This document shows positions 34,706 to 46,951 of a stretch of DNA of 64,000 nt, piece after piece; the stretch's first letter is position 1, and the number at the start of each line of letters is the position of its first letter. A program made the position numbers and the translations under genes. The DNA comes from Amoebophrya sp. A120 (lineage: Eukaryota > Protista > Dinoflagellata), in contig CAJINV010000005.1 in assembly GCA_905178155.1 (NCBI GenBank), positions 306,999-370,998 of the forward strand, given 5' to 3'. The notes under the pieces are model-generated. The model saw only the letters and a list, made by a program, of their open reading frames with translations, was not told the DNA's origin and ran no database searches.

Positions 34706-37378
34706 GGAGTATGGTTGGGTTCGTTGTCGTGGTTGTGTTGAACAGAAGGCTTTGATGTTCCTGTGCACGGCAAGGTGCAAGGTGGACGAGCAACGTTGTT
34801 TGCAGCATGCATCTTCTGATGCTGTTGATGAAGCTGCTGCATTTGCTGAACTTCCCTTGAGAATAAAGAAGTTGCGTTTCTACTGCCATCTTGCGAGGAT
34901 CATCGTGCCTCATTCGAAAAATAAAGCTGGCGGCTTCGACTGTGTGTCTTGCTCGGGCTGTTACAACGTTGCGAAATTTCGTTTTGTTCTCTACCGAGGA
35001 GAAGCCGTTATCAATGCTGAGAGAGAGATGTTGAGGGACTTTGTTGCTCAACCTCATGAACCTCATTGGAGTCCATGTATTTCATACGCGAGAGACTGGC
35101 AGAAGCCCGCTGGCACTTGTGGACTGTTGGGCGCGGCGTGCTTTCAGTTGTGCGCTGGCCCTTGTGCTCGCCGCTGGTTCCGCCCGGCGCTTCTCTAGTT
35201 GGTGGCAGGGACCGGTGGCCGGTGGGGCTCGCCCAAAGGTACGCGGCTACTGCTTTCCGGAGACGGTCCTTCTGGCCGAGCTCATGGGGTGCAAGCATCA
35301 GCGCGGCAGGGGGCGCCGTCATCGAGGGGGGGACTTTTTCATTTTGATAGCGGGCAAGTTAGACTTCGGCCCGACGGAGTGGGTCGGGAATATGGCGGTG
35401 GCAGTCCGGGCCCCCCTCGCCCTCCTGGAGGTACGAACCGACGCGGCAGTCCTGGAGCTGGACCCCAGTGATGGCATCGGGTTCGTCAACGAGAAGGACC
35501 TGGCGGCGTTGCGCATCGGCGCCCGCATGTCCGCCCGCGCTTAATAAGTTCCTTTTGCTCGCGGGGGTGTGGTGCGTATGCGGCCGGGCATGCTCCCGAG
35601 TCGCGCGCCGCGCATAGCCGGCCCCCCCCGTTGACTCGCGCGCCTCCCGGCGCCCGGCGGTACTCCTGTCCCTACGCGCTGCAGCAGAGACGCTGGCACA
35701 GGGAAAGCCTCTGCCGCGCGAGGGCGTCCGGGGGGTGCGGCGAACCTTCCGGGGGCAGCTCCGCTGCGATGGCGGAGCGAACGCGGACAGGTTCCGCAAG
35801 ATATTGGAGGAGGCCTCGGGCGATTTTATTGGCGCGGTGCTGCTTTGGTCGGCGCACCTGATGCGAATCGCGGACGGACCCGGGGCGGGACAGGGTAGAG
35901 AACTTGTACCAGCTGCGCTGCCCCCCGTCCAACTTCCGGGCGAGAGGGGAGCCTGACAGAGCAGCTCCGGACTTTGGCCCGGTCGTGGTCTCGAACCGCG
36001 ACGGGCAGCGTGAACGGCTGCCGGGCCACCGTTTTTGGTATGTTCGCACCTGTGGCTAAGAGCGCTGGGCGTACCCCGCCCGCCAGTTTTGACGCCTATT
36101 GTCCGGATGGGCCGGCGCGCAGTTGTCGTAATGTGCGCGGCCACCAATCCCGTTGGCGCCTGCCTCTACAAGTATTGCCGCGGCCAGTTTGTTCGTCGGC
36201 TTCTCATGCAGCCGGCCCCCATTTGTGTTTTTCCGTGGAGAGACACAGCAATTGTGGCATGGGCGGCCGCGGCCCTAGCGCTTCCCTGCTTGCGCGATTG
36301 GGGTTTGCGCGTTCAGCAAAGATCTTGACTGGTTCAGCCACCTTGTGTGCGAGACCAACGTTGCTTCTCCTGCCATTGTGTGCCCTGTGTTCCCCAGAGG
36401 TGATACTTCCGCAGAGAGACAACAAGCAGCCTGTGTTTCACTTTGGCATCAGTAGATCGAGTGCAGCAACACTATTACGAAGCCACGAGTGATCGCTTTC
36501 GTACACATTGACGGCAAACGGTCGCCTTGTGTTATCCCGAGACGAGGACCAGAACGCACTACGCAATGCCGTGCCCGACTTGCTTCGCAGCAGTCGCAGC
36601 GACCAGCGTTCCGACAATCAGCCCCGGCTCCGCCGGACGCATCGCCGCGTTCGAAAACGTCCGCGCCGACCTGGAGTCGGCCCGCATTGCCCAAGCCACG
36701 GCCGAGTTTGGCTCGCTCGCGAAACTGGTCGTCAACGAGCTGAAAAACGCACTGCAGGTGCACGGGCCAGCGGGTGACGTTCCTGGAGGTGCTGTGGCCA
36801 GCGGGGCTGGGCTGCTTGATCCCAGTCAGGCAATAGCACAGCACTCCGCATCTTTTCTACATGTCGCTCCTCCGCACGACTACAGCAACTTTTTGTGAAT
36901 TTTTGCAGGTAAGCTCTGGCCGAGCAGGAAGAGTGAGATGATTCAGGCTGGTCCTTGACTTTGGTCTTCGGGGTCCGTGTGGCACGAATACTACAGCTAT
37001 CTCGCCGAGCATCATTTGGCCCGCCTGAGTTGTCGACAAGCACACGGACAAGGAGCGAAAAGGGGTGGAGAGTATTCCACTTGTTTAAATTAATGAGCGA
37101 AACATATTGACTGTGACGAGTATATGTGGCTCGTCAGCTGTTTCGAAGCGGCTCTACGTTGCGTGATCAATCTGCTTGAGGCGACGCGCGACAGTGCCAC
37201 TCAGTTTTTCTTTCTCGTTGATTCATCGATCCGAGAAGCTGCGATACCGCTTCGATCGACTCCATTGTTTCCAAAACTTATACAATTCTCTCTTGCGCTC
37301 GCAGCTGTCGTCGTCACTTAGAAGTAGTACCAGCTAAATTACTTAATAGACTACCACGGTTTTCAGAACAGGCGAAAA

Positions 37379-38307
37379 ATGTCCTCCTCCGCGCCCGCAA
37401 AGGGCGAGGAGCCGAAGAAGGGCGCCCAGCTGAGTGAGGAGGATATCAGGGAGTTTAAGGAGATCTTCAACCTCGTTGACAGCGATGGATCCGGCGCGAT
37501 CTCCACCGACGAACTGGGGCAGTTGGTGGAAAGCGTGGGTATAGATAGAAATAAATGTGTGGCTTGTTAACATCCTGGACTTCTGATTACTTGTGATTTG
37601 AGTAGGGTTCTTGTTACAACTCTTGCATGCAGCAACGAACTGGAAATGGATGGCGTTATGTCCTCATGGTAAGGCTCCATCGCCCCACACACTTCTACAT
37701 CAAAAACTCCAGGTATGAAGATGACCCACGCGGAGCTGCAGGAGATGTGCAACGAGCTGGATAGCGACCAGTCCGGAGAAATTGAAATTGACGAGTTTAT
37801 TGCGATCCTCTGCAAGGACCTCGAGCTAGACTACACGGCAGACGAGATCCAAGCGGCCTTCAAGACGTTCGCAAGGAATGCGCCGAACGGGTATGGTTTG
37901 ATGGGTAGTATGATGTTCTACTTCTACGTGAAGACCGGCATGAGAAACACATCTGAGAAATATTTTCACACTGAACCAACGACATGACAGGTTGATCAAG
38001 ATGACAGACCTCGAGGAGGCGCTGAAGGTTTATCTGCGCGGCGTCAACCAAGCCGAAATAAACCAGTTGCTCAAGCAGTTCGAGGTACTACGCGTAGTTG
38101 CTTTTGCTACTAACTGCATCCTGTATAATAAATGCATAACATCGATCACATCTATGGTTTTCATGCATACTCAAACATGACATTGACGAAAACAATCAAA
38201 ATCAGGACTGCGTGGTGCACTTGAGTCAGGTGGTGGACTCAAATGGTATGCCGGTGCCTTTCTTTCGCTACCAAGACTACATCAACTTGATGATGAGAAG
38301 GAAATAA
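37379..38307 (+). CDS. Calmodulin-like EF-hand protein (4 exons)
   Basis: [22 protein letters not shown] and [16 protein letters not shown]-hands. GT-AG introns 37539-37712, 37891-37990 and 38085-38205 all join in frame. C-lobe EF-hands are degenerate. Confidence 0.88.
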
Positions 38308-38992
38308 TAAGCAGAAACTGCATGAAGATGAACAAAACGTACATATAGAAAACGTAGAAGATGAGACTCGAAACGCATTATTCAAATGCAAGATGCGGAC
38401 AGAAAATGGAACAGCGTGATCTGCGTTGCGGGTGCGCGTCATTGATGCCAAAGACAGAATGAACTTTCAAGGCCAAGAAATTTGCCTTGGAGGTTGTGTA
38501 TGATGAAGAGGACGAACTGAAAGCAGTATTTTTATGGACGATAAGTAGAACGAGATCGACCGCGGCTTGATGCTCCGTCCAGCTTTGCTGCACATTGGTG
38601 TAAGCGCAGACGCTTTATTGTGTTTGTGTTCTGAAAAAAGGACAGCTGGAGAATGCGCAGCTGCGGATTTGATATTGCTGACGCTGCGGGAAGACCGGCG
38701 CGCAAACACGTACGTAGATGAGACTCAGCTCAGTTGTAGAGGTGCAAATTTATTACGACACCACGATAGGCGTTTCATAATTGCAAGACTTACCAATGAT
38801 GTGAGTCCACTGCTTTGAACTTGGAGTTTGAAAGTAATCCTCATTGGCTAGCGAAATAAAGATAAAATCTAGTGAAGAAAGAACAAAACTGCTGCAAGAA
38901 CATCACATTCACATGGAAGCGGTTTCTCTTAGCACCAGATTCAACCCCCACAGAAATTTTTGTATCAAGATTCAAACTCATACTCAGAAATC

Positions 38993-39757
38993 ATGTCAGC
39001 TGTCTTGCGCATGCGGCCGGAGAACAAGATCGACGAGTGTTTTCTGGTCGAACTGCAGGGCACCTTCGAGCTTTCCAAAGAGGAGCTGAAGGCCCGGAAC
39101 GGCGACAACCGGCAGGGGCTGGAACTGGGCCTGTTTCGGGTCAAGGAGGACCTGAAGAAGGCGGAAATTCAGATGGGATCCAACACTTTGATCGGCAAAA
39201 TCGAGCACCTGCCAAAACCCATGCTCATCGTCAGAAAGACCGGAAGAAAGGAGTACTTGCTGCGCCCGCCGGGTGGAAAAGAAGTCCTGGTCGGCGATCT
39301 GACCACGGCCGCGAGCGGCGCGGGAACGTCCACCGCAATACGACCGTCGGTGCTGCCCGGTGGTAGTAGTGGCAATCCGAACGAGGGTACGGGGGATGTG
39401 GTGATGCAGACCAGCGCTACCGCAGCTGCAGCTGCTTCGTCAACGTCGCAGTTTGCGGCCAGCTTTCAGCAAATAAAGAATCACGAGGATGTTGGTGGTA
39501 AAAAGGTCGAGTTTGGAAACTTCGGCGTAAGCAATCCAACAGCTGCCGACAACGCGATCAGTAACGTGGCCAAACCGCTGGCAAAAAACTTGCAGATACG
39601 ACAGCCGAGCAACATTGACTGCGTTTCGGAGATATTGGAAGTAGAGGCGGTAATCCGGAAAAAAGCGATCTTTAACACCAGGCCCAGTATCTACGTCCCC
39701 CCGGAGCTGGTGGTGCCAGACAAGGACTGGCATATGAAGAAGGGAAAGAAAAAGTAG
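38993..39757 (+). CDS. CTF8: Chromosome transmission fidelity protein 8-like (Ctf18-RFC subunit) with low-complexity insertion
   Basis: Motifs LVELQGTFE, LELG, IQMGSNTLIGKIEHLPKPMLIVRK and VEAVIRKKAIFNTRP match the Ctf8 pattern. Single exon. Confidence 0.78.
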   Translation: MSAVLRMRPENKIDECFLVELQGTFELSKEELKARNGDNRQGLELGLFRVKEDLKKAEIQMGSNTLIGKIEHLPKPMLIVRKTGRKEYLLRPPGGKEVLVGDLTTAASGAGTSTAIRPSVLPGGSSGNPNEGTGDVVMQTSATAAAAASSTSQFAASFQQIKNHEDVGGKKVEFGNFGVSNPTAADNAISNVAKPLAKNLQIRQPSNIDCVSEILEVEAVIRKKAIFNTRPSIYVPPELVVPDKDWHMKKGKKK

Positions 39758-40531
39758 AGACGTAAAATGATCAAAGATAGGATTGCAGCTTCTGTGCCTG
39801 TGCTGGGGAGAAAAACATATCGATATTGATGTGTTGGCTTTTACGTACTTATTCAAAATTTTGCACGGAGAACGAGCAGGAGTTCACTAATGCAGCAGAA
39901 CAATGCTACAGTGTGATTTCTGTCACACCAACGACCTGCAACTCCTGCAACAGTAGTTACATGCAACTCAGATGAGCATCTCGGTGTCGGTCTCGATAGT
40001 CGTGCAGACATTCATCTGAAGGTGAAGCGAAGTTGCTCCGCTTGCTAGTCTTGCAACGACATACCGGAATTCGTTGCTCTGTCGGTATAGCTGCCACCCA
40101 TGATCTCATCTTTATGTCGGTGTCATTTTTTCATATTCAGCATCCAAGCAAAACGAGCTTACGACAGCAAGAAGATCCTGGTGGTCGAGTATGAAAAGTC
40201 TGTCCTCTGTTTTTTCTGAGCGACCACGCTTTCGCCTTTTTTTGAGATGATGCACAAGATCCGGTTTTTTTCGAGCGATACATTGAGAGCCTGCCAGGAA
40301 AATAAAAGCGCATCAGCTTTTTCAGTGCTACTTTTCATACTTATGAGGTGACACGTAAATTTTACGCAACATGCCACAGTACCCCCGCGACCGGTCGTAT
40401 CGTGAGGGTTTTCATAGTGCGTAGTCAAGCAAAAGGAACACACTTGAACTTCTGCGAGATCAAAACAAAAAGGAGTCAACAAAAGACCTAGAGGTTCTGA
40501 GGTGGCACAACACCAACACGGTAGTATCCGC

Positions 40532-43500
40532 ATGTCGGCGGCATCGTCGCCCAACCCGCGGGCGGCCGCGGGTCAGGCCCAGCAGGCGGTGAACCGGGTT
40601 GAGCAAATTGCGAACCAGCTGAATGTAAGTCCCTTCACGTTGAAAGTCGGGGCCGGGGCCGTCGCCGGGGCGGTGGTGTCGACCGCGGTGCTGGGAAAAA
40701 AGGCAAACTTCCCCGTAGAAGCGCCACCAAAAAACACGGCAGAAACGTTGCCAGTGTTCGAGGAAGGAGAGATCGTTTACACCGCGGACCCGGCGGCGGA
40801 AGTACTATTACACTTTGCTATTGGGCGACGCGTTCACTTCTGCAAAAATTATGCGAATTTATTCACAACTTATCGGAAGTTGTGGAAGTCCAAGTTCTCC
40901 TGCTTTCATGTACTTTACTTACACTGGACATTCGGAAAAAAGCATCGATCGACCTTTACTCAAATAAAAATTTCCTGCAGGTTAAACTCCACCCAGCCAA
41001 GGCCGGCCCTGCGTCGCTGCAAGCCGCCCCGGCGGAAACGATCATAGACATAATAGGCCGAATAGAAGCGAAGTCGCCGAATGTGCTCTGCCTATCCGTG
41101 GAGAGGCCCTGCCCGAAAAACGACGGACAAGGGGCACTCTCGCTGCCGCCAGAAAAGTGGACCAGTTGGACTTGGAAGGAGTTCATAGAAGACAGCAAGC
41201 TCGCGGCGAAGGCTTTTATGGAGCTTGGTATGGCGCATTTTGGGTCCGTAACCTGTTTTGGGGTGAACGCGCCGGAATGGCACCTATCGGCAATAGGATC
41301 GATCCTTGCCGGCGGAAAAGTAGCAGGGATCTACCCAAGTGACACGGTATACTTGATTCATCACAAGAACGTCGTCCTTCTGTTGACGTTGTGTCTGACG
41401 CCGTTGCATGTTGAGCTACATGTTTTTGCAGTGTGCTTTTTTTACGATTTGCAAAGCCCGTAGCACTAGTACCAGCGTCGTAATCCCATATTGAAGTTGA
41501 AAAATAGACAAAGAGCAATGCATTTTCAGGTCGAGCACTGCATCTTCAAGAACAAGTGCGCCGGCGCCACCGTGGCAATAGTGGAAACCTGCGAGAAGGC
41601 GAAAATGGTTTTGGACAACATTGCGCAGCTGCCACGTATGAAGGCGGTGGTAGTGTTTGATCCTGAAGCGAAATTTGAGGAAGTAACCAGTGGTGCGGGC
41701 TGCAAATATATGCGTTGGGACACGATGATGAAGTGGGCAAAAACCCTGAAAAATCAAGACGCAGAGCTCAAACAGAGGATGAACAAGGTAGAGTACTACT
41801 TTCGAAGGCCGGATTTTGATCATGCGGAGTACTAGTTGTATTCAGATACACCACTTCTAGTAAACTACTAGTGACGCAGCTTGATTGCTCTCTACCGTTT
41901 GTGAAGAACAAGTATTGCTCGCTACTTCTGATTTGTATGAAGGTAAAAAGAAAGGGAAAGGTGCGGTCTCTCTAAGTTGATGAAACTACGAATGGGAAAA
42001 ATATGATATCTTTGGTGCTACATCAGATCCGACCCGGCCACGCGATGAACGTGGTATATACGAGCGGGACAACGGGAAATCCAAAAGGTGTCATGCTTTC
42101 GCAGGACAATAGCTGGAGCACGTGTGCCATCTTCCTCAAGCCAGTCACGCAGGACCTGACCCCGCCACACCGAATTTTGTCCTACTTACCGCTACCACAC
42201 GTCACCGGCTTCTTGGCCGACATCGCGCTGCCGATGTGGCTGGTATAAGATAACGGGGCTGTAATTTTACCTACTTATGCTGATCATGTGCCTGATCACT
42301 TGTGTTTGAGTTTTTCTCTGGTGTAACGAACATGATTCAGTGTGTCAGTAAAGAATATGCTCTCGTCGAGGCGGCTTTTGCAGTCCTCCGCTTGTACGGG
42401 GCGTCAAGTATCAGGTGACAGCACAGCTCAGGAATGCTCCTAGCGCAGCGCCGGAGAGGGCTTGGATTTCAGCTTTATTATGAAAAAAACTATAGAACAA
42501 CTTCTACTTTCAGACGGCCAACAGCCAGCCGACCTCGATCTATTTCGCGCGGCCGTATGACTTGAAAGAGTCCACGATCGGCTCGCGCCTCCTGACCGTG
42601 CGGCCCACGATCTTCGTGGCCGTGCCGCGCGTGTATGAAAAGATTGCGGAGAAGCTCAAAGCCGTTGCAGCCACTGTGACGGGCCCGATGAAGGCGATCA
42701 GCACCTGGGCAAAGGCGAAAAACAGCGAACACATGGGGATGCGACAGTTCGGGAAGGGAAACGGCGAGTACCCGGCGAATTTCACCCCGGCCAACTTTGT
42801 CATGGGCAAGGTCCGGCAAAAATTAGGGTTGGATCAGGCACAATGCTTGATATCCGGTGCGGCACCGATTACCATGGAGACCTTGGACTACTTTGGGAGT
42901 TTGGGTAAGTACAAAAAAATGTTCTAGGTGCTAGTTTTCTTCTTGGGCAGAACTGAGTAGTAAAAAGAAGGTGGACGCGATAAGTAGACACGACTTCCTT
43001 ATCTTCTGGGGTTTCTTTAGTAGAACCAGTTTGTGTAATTTTCGTCTCGTACGCAGAGCCAGATCGAAAGCAGCACGAAAACAATTGCTCACACGACTTC
43101 TCAGGCCTGATGATTTTGGAACTGTACGGCATGTCGGAGTCCACGGGGCCGACCACGCTGAACACCCTGCGCACCGTGAAGTGGGGCACCATCGGGTACG
43201 CTCCGCAGGGGGTGGAAGTGGGGGTGTTTAACACGATGGACCCGAAGAACCCGATGCAGTGGGTAAAACCTATGGCGTTCTCAACTGTTAAGTACATTCT
43301 CAGCTGTTGCATGAATTTGCGATGCAAAAATGGCAAAAGTGAAATGGGTGGCCTTCCGTATTTTGCATGACAGGTTTGGTACAGATTCGCAGCTTGTTTG
43401 GCACTTCGAGAACTCGCCATGCGAAGCAGCTTGGCCGTGTCGATTTTGGTAGTAAATTTGCATGACAAGTCATGTAAGAACAGTTGATAATGTAACATTT

Positions 43501-44912
43501 GAGAACGCCATAAAACCCTGCGCCGATTTGTCCGCGCCGAGCGAGTATCAAATGCAAATATGTCTAGGTCTGGAAGAGTGCAGATTTTTCTCATGCTGTT
43601 TTTGCATGCCTCAGAAGGTGTGGCATGGAGGCCTTAGCATCACAGGCATTCATAAGGTTCCGCAATGCCCAATGCGCATGACAAATGCCCCATTTTCGTG
43701 ACAGAGAATGGGCAACTTTTGCTGCCTATGCATGAGAGGTTTGTGTGTGTTGCGAAATGCGCATGAGAAGTTTAACTCCTCCCAGACCCAGACATATTTG
43801 CATTTGATAGCGAGCAGGAGCAGGGAGAGCTGTGCTTTCGGGGTCGGCACATCATGATGGGGTACCTGGCAAACCCAGATCTGGGGGAGGAGCACATGGC
43901 CGAGGTCAAGAAAAAGAACAAGGAGGCGCTGGTACCTGGGGGCTGGATGCTGTCCGGGGATAAGGCCTGCATGGATAAGGACGGTATAATTCATTCGAAG
44001 CTGTTGTACTTGCTTCTATTCGGCAGTAGAGGTGTTTCTTGTTGTTTATTGCGGTGGTAGGTTCTCCTTATTTCCATGATGTTTGCTGTTATTTCTTGGA
44101 AGATAGATATGGTCAAAAATCCAGGTTTTTTCCGCATCACGGGGCGATACAAGGAATTGATTATCACTGCCGGGTATCAAATGCAACCATGTCTTGGTCT
44201 GGAAATCTGCTAGGTTCGTCATGCAGGTTTTCCATGCGGCTCCATGAGGTCTTGAATGCAGGACTTAGCCACCTAGCATGACAGATTCTGTGTTTAGGGT
44301 CTCTGCCGGTTCTATCCTGCATGAGAAACTCCTGCTTAATTTGGTCAAAGAAAATGGGCAAACCTCATTGAGATTCATGCAAGAGAGATTAGATTTTCGT
44401 GTGGGTGTGACTCACAGGGCCTCCTCGCATCACAAGTGTACACTCTTCCAGACCCGGATGCATTTGCAATGCATAGTTGGGGTGAAAACGTCGCCCCTGT
44501 CCCCATCGAGGACTGGCTGAAGTCGAATTACACCGCGATCTCCAATGTGATGATGGTCGGGGACAAGAAAAAGTACAATGTCATTCTTGTCACGCTGAAA
44601 ACCAAGGGCGCCACGGGGGAGCTGCCGGGCGGGGACGAACTGGACGGGGAGGCGCTGAAAATCGCCCCCGGGGTCACATCCTTGGCGCAGGCCATGAAGG
44701 ATGACCGGGTATTGAAGTACATCCAGGGCGCCGTGGATGCGGTAAACAAAGAACCCAAGATCGTCATCTCCAATGCCTGCAAGGTGCAGTTTTTCCGCAT
44801 TCTCCCGAGGGATTTCTCTATCCAAACAGAGGAGTTCACGCCCACGTTAAAGCTGAAGCGGTCGGTCGCGGTGGAAATTTGGAAAGATTATATCGATCAG
44901 ATGTACCAGTAA
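40532..44912 (+). CDS. Long-chain fatty acid-CoA ligase, ACSBG/bubblegum-like (10 exons)
   Basis: YTSGTTGNPKGVMLS, SYLPLPH, VPRVYEK, ELYGMSESTGP, GELCFRGRHIMMGY, ITGRYKELIITAGGENVAP, PTLKLKR. GT-AG introns 40802-40980, 41347-41529, 41788-42026, 42243-42513, 42905-43104 and 43984-44124, plus introners 43271, 43546 and 44175. Confidence 0.93.
43271..43512. mobile_element. TIR introner, family E
   Basis: TATGGCGTTCTCAA ... TTGAGAACGCCATA. Perfect TSD AAACC. Shares the CTCAAA(C/T)GTTACA subterminal motif with the 20584 copy. Confidence 0.92.
43546..43809. mobile_element. TIR introner, family A
   Basis: Family A TIRs, perfect TSD GCGAG. Join APSE-QEQGELCFRGR. Confidence 0.93.
44175..44475. mobile_element. 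TIR introner, family A (diverged)
   Basis: TATCAAATGCAACCATGTCTTGGTCTGGAA ... TTCCAGACCCGGATGCATTTGCAATGCATA. Flanks CCGGG/GTTGG. Removal +5 nt restores the conserved TAG-GENV. Confidence 0.9.
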
Positions 44913-45775
44913 AGATTTTCCTGAGAGGACCACGCTACCGGGCGGCAACTAGGTAGTAGCTTAGTGGTGTAAAATCATACCTGCTCTACTACTCCATACG
45001 GAAAAGGAAGAGCGGTAGGTAACAGTTGTCCACAAGATAGCGTAATAGAAGCTCTCTCAAGTTCGTTGTCATGCATCGCCGCGTGTTTCTCACCGAAAGT
45101 GAATAAGGAAAGGCCAATAAGAATTTACACGGGATCAATATTCTCGAATGACAAAATAAGTAAGTCTAATGAGTTCTTTTGAATAATATCGCAAACAAGA
45201 TGAACAATACATCATATATACAACATATCTACTGCATCGGAGGAAGAGATGGTGTAAATAATCCACGAATTTTCCCGGGGACAAATAATGCATGTGGGAA
45301 ATGCCACAATTTTGTGCTCCCCCTTCAAATTTTGAAGACTTCTCTACCATGCCTCCACATGCGAAAGCCTGGCGAAGCCACGTTTTCCCGTCAACCAGAA
45401 GATTTCTGCAACAATCGGCTATCATTTTTCGAAAGAAGAGAAGCAATTGCGCGACAACTTTTTCAAAACTAAGGAGAAGCAAAGAAACAAACATAGCTTC
45501 ACCCACTGTACGGAGCGAAGTCGTGACGCTTTCGGCGATGGGAAGTGGATTCTGTTTCTTACCACCTCGCAGCTGTTGTAATGGTGACCCGTGATCGGTT
45601 TACTTATCGTTATCACGACGTACTATCTACGTCTTCAAGGCGCCACCGTTTTCGGTTTGATGCCAGGGCCCTTGCGAAAGGCGAATGTTGACTCTTCTGT
45701 CTGCACTGCTAAATCTTCAAAATCCTTTCTCGGTCGTGATTTCTCCGGTCGGACTTGCTGTAATTCGGAGGTAAT

Positions 45776-46951
45776 GTTTTGTTTGATGATCGGGGGTGAC
45801 TCGCAATGCCTCCCCTTGGAAGAATCTATCTGCTGCGCTTTTTGTGTTTTGTGGCTGCCACACCCTCGCGCCTAAAGTTCTCCGCTATTTTTTTTGAAAG
45901 GCGGCCACGTTCATCAAAGGCGTCTGGCTTTTCTTCCTCTGGTCGGTAGAGACGTGGCGAGTAATGTTATAGCTAACCTTCGCGCGCCCGTCTTGTTTTA
46001 GGGCTCTTTGCCGAAAGTTTTCGAGGCTTTCGCCTTGCGAAGTTCCAGGGAGGGATTCCATTTGTGTCTCCTTCCCTCGGAAGGGGTGTGTCTCTGGGAA
46101 TTCCGTCTTCATTTCGCCTTCCCTCGGAAGATCCATCCGTCCCTCTCGGAGTTACATTCCCGCTTCGCCTCCTCTCGGGAGACCCATTGCTCATGGGATT
46201 CCGTTTCCATTTCGCCTTCCTGGGGATGGTGTCAGTCTCGGGGGATTCCGTTTTGCCTTCCTGCGGAAGGTGTCTCGGGGGCCGCCATTTCGCCTTCCTT
46301 GCCCTCTGGTAGGTCTCTCCCTGGCGGAAGGACCGCTGCTTGATTGCCTCGTGGGGGAGTGTGAGTTGTTTATTTCCTGGCTGGCGCGAAGCTTTCGCCA
46401 TCGACTCCAGATTGATGAATGGCCCGAGCTTATTGACACCTCCTGCGCGACGTGGGTGGTTCGGGGTTTTTCTGTGCCCGGGCTCGCCGAGGCGTTTTGG
46501 ATTCGGCTTCGGAGCGCGCAGGTTTGCGGCTGTCCGGGGCTGTGCGCGTGTGCTTACAGCTTTTGCGCCGGGGGCCCCGGGTTTTTTCTTTTGTGTCCCG
46601 GGGCCTCGTCACATCTACGCCCCGGGGCCCCGGAACATGCATGGCCCGTCGGAAGGCAGGCCAGCCTTCGGTAAAGGTAGGGAGGCGGGGGGCCCGAAGC
46701 ACAGGCTGGCGCGTGCATGGTGAATAACGTTTGGCGGTGGAGGAGATAACGGGGCCCGCGCAGTGCTTCTCGCGGAAACGGGAAACGGGACACGCAACTT
46801 GATTCTAGGACCAAACCTGATTCCAGTCAACTTGATTCCAGAGTCCAACTTGATTCCATTTAACTTGATTCCGGTTACCAACTTGATTCCAACAATTTGA
46901 CCAACTTGATTCCTTGGATGTCCGTTTTGTTTGATGATCGGGGGTGACTCG
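45776..46951. repeat. About 1.15-kb module bounded by a 28-bp direct repeat, with internal short repeat arrays
   Basis: GTTTTGTTTGATGATCGGGGGTGACTCG at 45776-45803 and 46924-46951. TTCGCCTTCC-type repeats at about 46029-46330. Seven AACTTGATTCC-type copies at 46796-46913. Confidence 0.7.

Noticed and set aside
6540-44475. Recurrent peptides in the ORF track (KMSGSGR, LPDPDIF, FQTQTFL, NVPTPES) as a repeated protein domain
   Set aside because: They are translations of introner TIRs, and the ORFs stop shortly inside the elements.
46796-46913. CRISPR array
   Set aside because: The 11-bp units with 4-12 bp gaps are far too short.
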